Positions 63,142 through 64,000 of a stretch of 64,000 nucleotides of DNA are shown piece by piece. The position numbers and the translations under genes were made by a program. Below the pieces are notes generated by a model. It searched no databases and was not told the origin of the DNA. It saw nothing but the letters and a program-made list of their open reading frames with translations. The stretch is from Mobula hypostoma (Eukaryota): assembly GCF_963921235.1 (NCBI RefSeq), contig NC_086105.1, forward strand, positions 49,848,001 to 49,912,000, written 5' to 3'. How positions within the stretch are numbered: the stretch's first letter is position 1; the number at the start of each line of letters is the position of its first letter.

Positions 63142-63765
63142 TACATCAAAGTTGCTGGTGAACGCAGCAGGCCAAGCAGCATCTATAGGAAGAGGCGCAG
63201 TCGACGTTTCAGGCCGAGACCCTTCGTCAGGACCAACTGAAGGAAGAGTGAGTAAGGGATTTGAAAGCTGGAGGGGGAGGGGGAGATGCAAAATGATAGG
63301 AGAAGACAGGAGGGGGAGGGATAGAGCCGAGAGCTGGACAGGTGATAGGCAAAAGGGGATACGAGAGGATCATGGGACAGGAGGCCTAGGGAGAAAGACG
63401 GGGGGGGGGTGACCCAGAGGATGGGCAAGAGGTATATTCAGAGGGAGAAAAAGGAGAGTGAGAGAAAGAATGTGTGCATAAAAAGGAGTAACAGCTGGGG
63501 TACGAGGGGGAGGTGGGGCCTAGCGGAAGTTAGAGAAGTCAATGTTCATGCCATCAGGTTGGAGGCTACCCAGACGGAATATAAGGTGTTGTTCCTCCAA
63601 CCTGACTGTGGCTTCATCTCTACAGTAGAGGAGGCCGTGGATAGACATGTCAGAATGGGAATGGGATGTGGAATTAAAATGTGTGGCCACTGGGAGATCC
63701 TGCTTTCTCTGGCGGACAGAGCGTAGATGTTCAGCAAAGCGGTCTCCCAGTCTGCGTCGGGTCTC
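63142..63765 (-). mobile_element. Penelope-like 3' fragment (624 bp) with 10-bp TSD, inserted in a minus-strand CR1 3' end
   Basis: ACTTGCATCA at 63132-63141 and 63766-63775; very similar to 2450-3080. Confidence 0.88.
63199..63234 (-). ncRNA. Minimal type I hammerhead ribozyme motif with intact core (Penelope pLTR)
   Basis: Minus strand reads GGUC-CUGACGA-AGGGUCUCGGCCU-GAAAC-GUC-GACU: CUGANGA, GAAA and the GUC cleavage triplet are all present, stem I is GGUC/GACU, stem II is short, and a palindromic ACGU replaces stem III. Confidence 0.8.
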
Positions 63766-64000
63766 ACTTGCATCACGCAGCTTTTTTAAACATTCCCACT
63801 CTCATCTTAAACCTATGCTCTATAGTATTTGACAATGCCCCCCTGGGGAAAAAAGATGCTGAATATCTATGCCTCTCAATTTTCTATCAGGTTATCTCTC
63901 AGCGAAAACAAACCAAGTTTGTCCAACCCTCCTTACAGCTAATACACTCCAACCCTTTCTGCACTGTCTCCGAAGCCTCCACATCCTTCTTGCAGCATAT

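Overview
Eukaryotic, repeat-dense vertebrate DNA. The mix of CR1, Rex1/Babar, Penelope, V-SINE and Tc1 repeats suggests a cartilaginous fish, probably a ray (inference). The only host gene I can support is the 3' end of HIPK2 on the minus strand. It has four coding exons (62094-61816, 49787-49540, 48383-48223, 47259-46795) that join in frame across GT-AG introns, followed by a 3' UTR of about 5.4 kb with no recognisable transposons and several AATAAA signals. The rest is mostly nested, decayed transposons. The most interesting hidden layer is a family of minimal type I hammerhead ribozyme motifs (stem I - CUGANGA - stem II - GAAAC - NUH - stem I) in the Penelope pseudo-LTRs. There are nine complete motifs and one partial one. 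One copy with an intact catalytic core lies in sense orientation in a HIPK2 intron (63199-63234). Two others sit in ~115 bp non-coding mini-elements flanked by perfect 13-15 bp target-site duplications. Also present are a full-length IR/DR Tc1 inside a three-level nest, a hAT-type MITE and a 29-bp minisatellite with a remote 43-bp identical copy. Transposon boundaries are approximate unless a TSD or TIR is cited, and family names rest on recognising motifs by eye, not on database searches.
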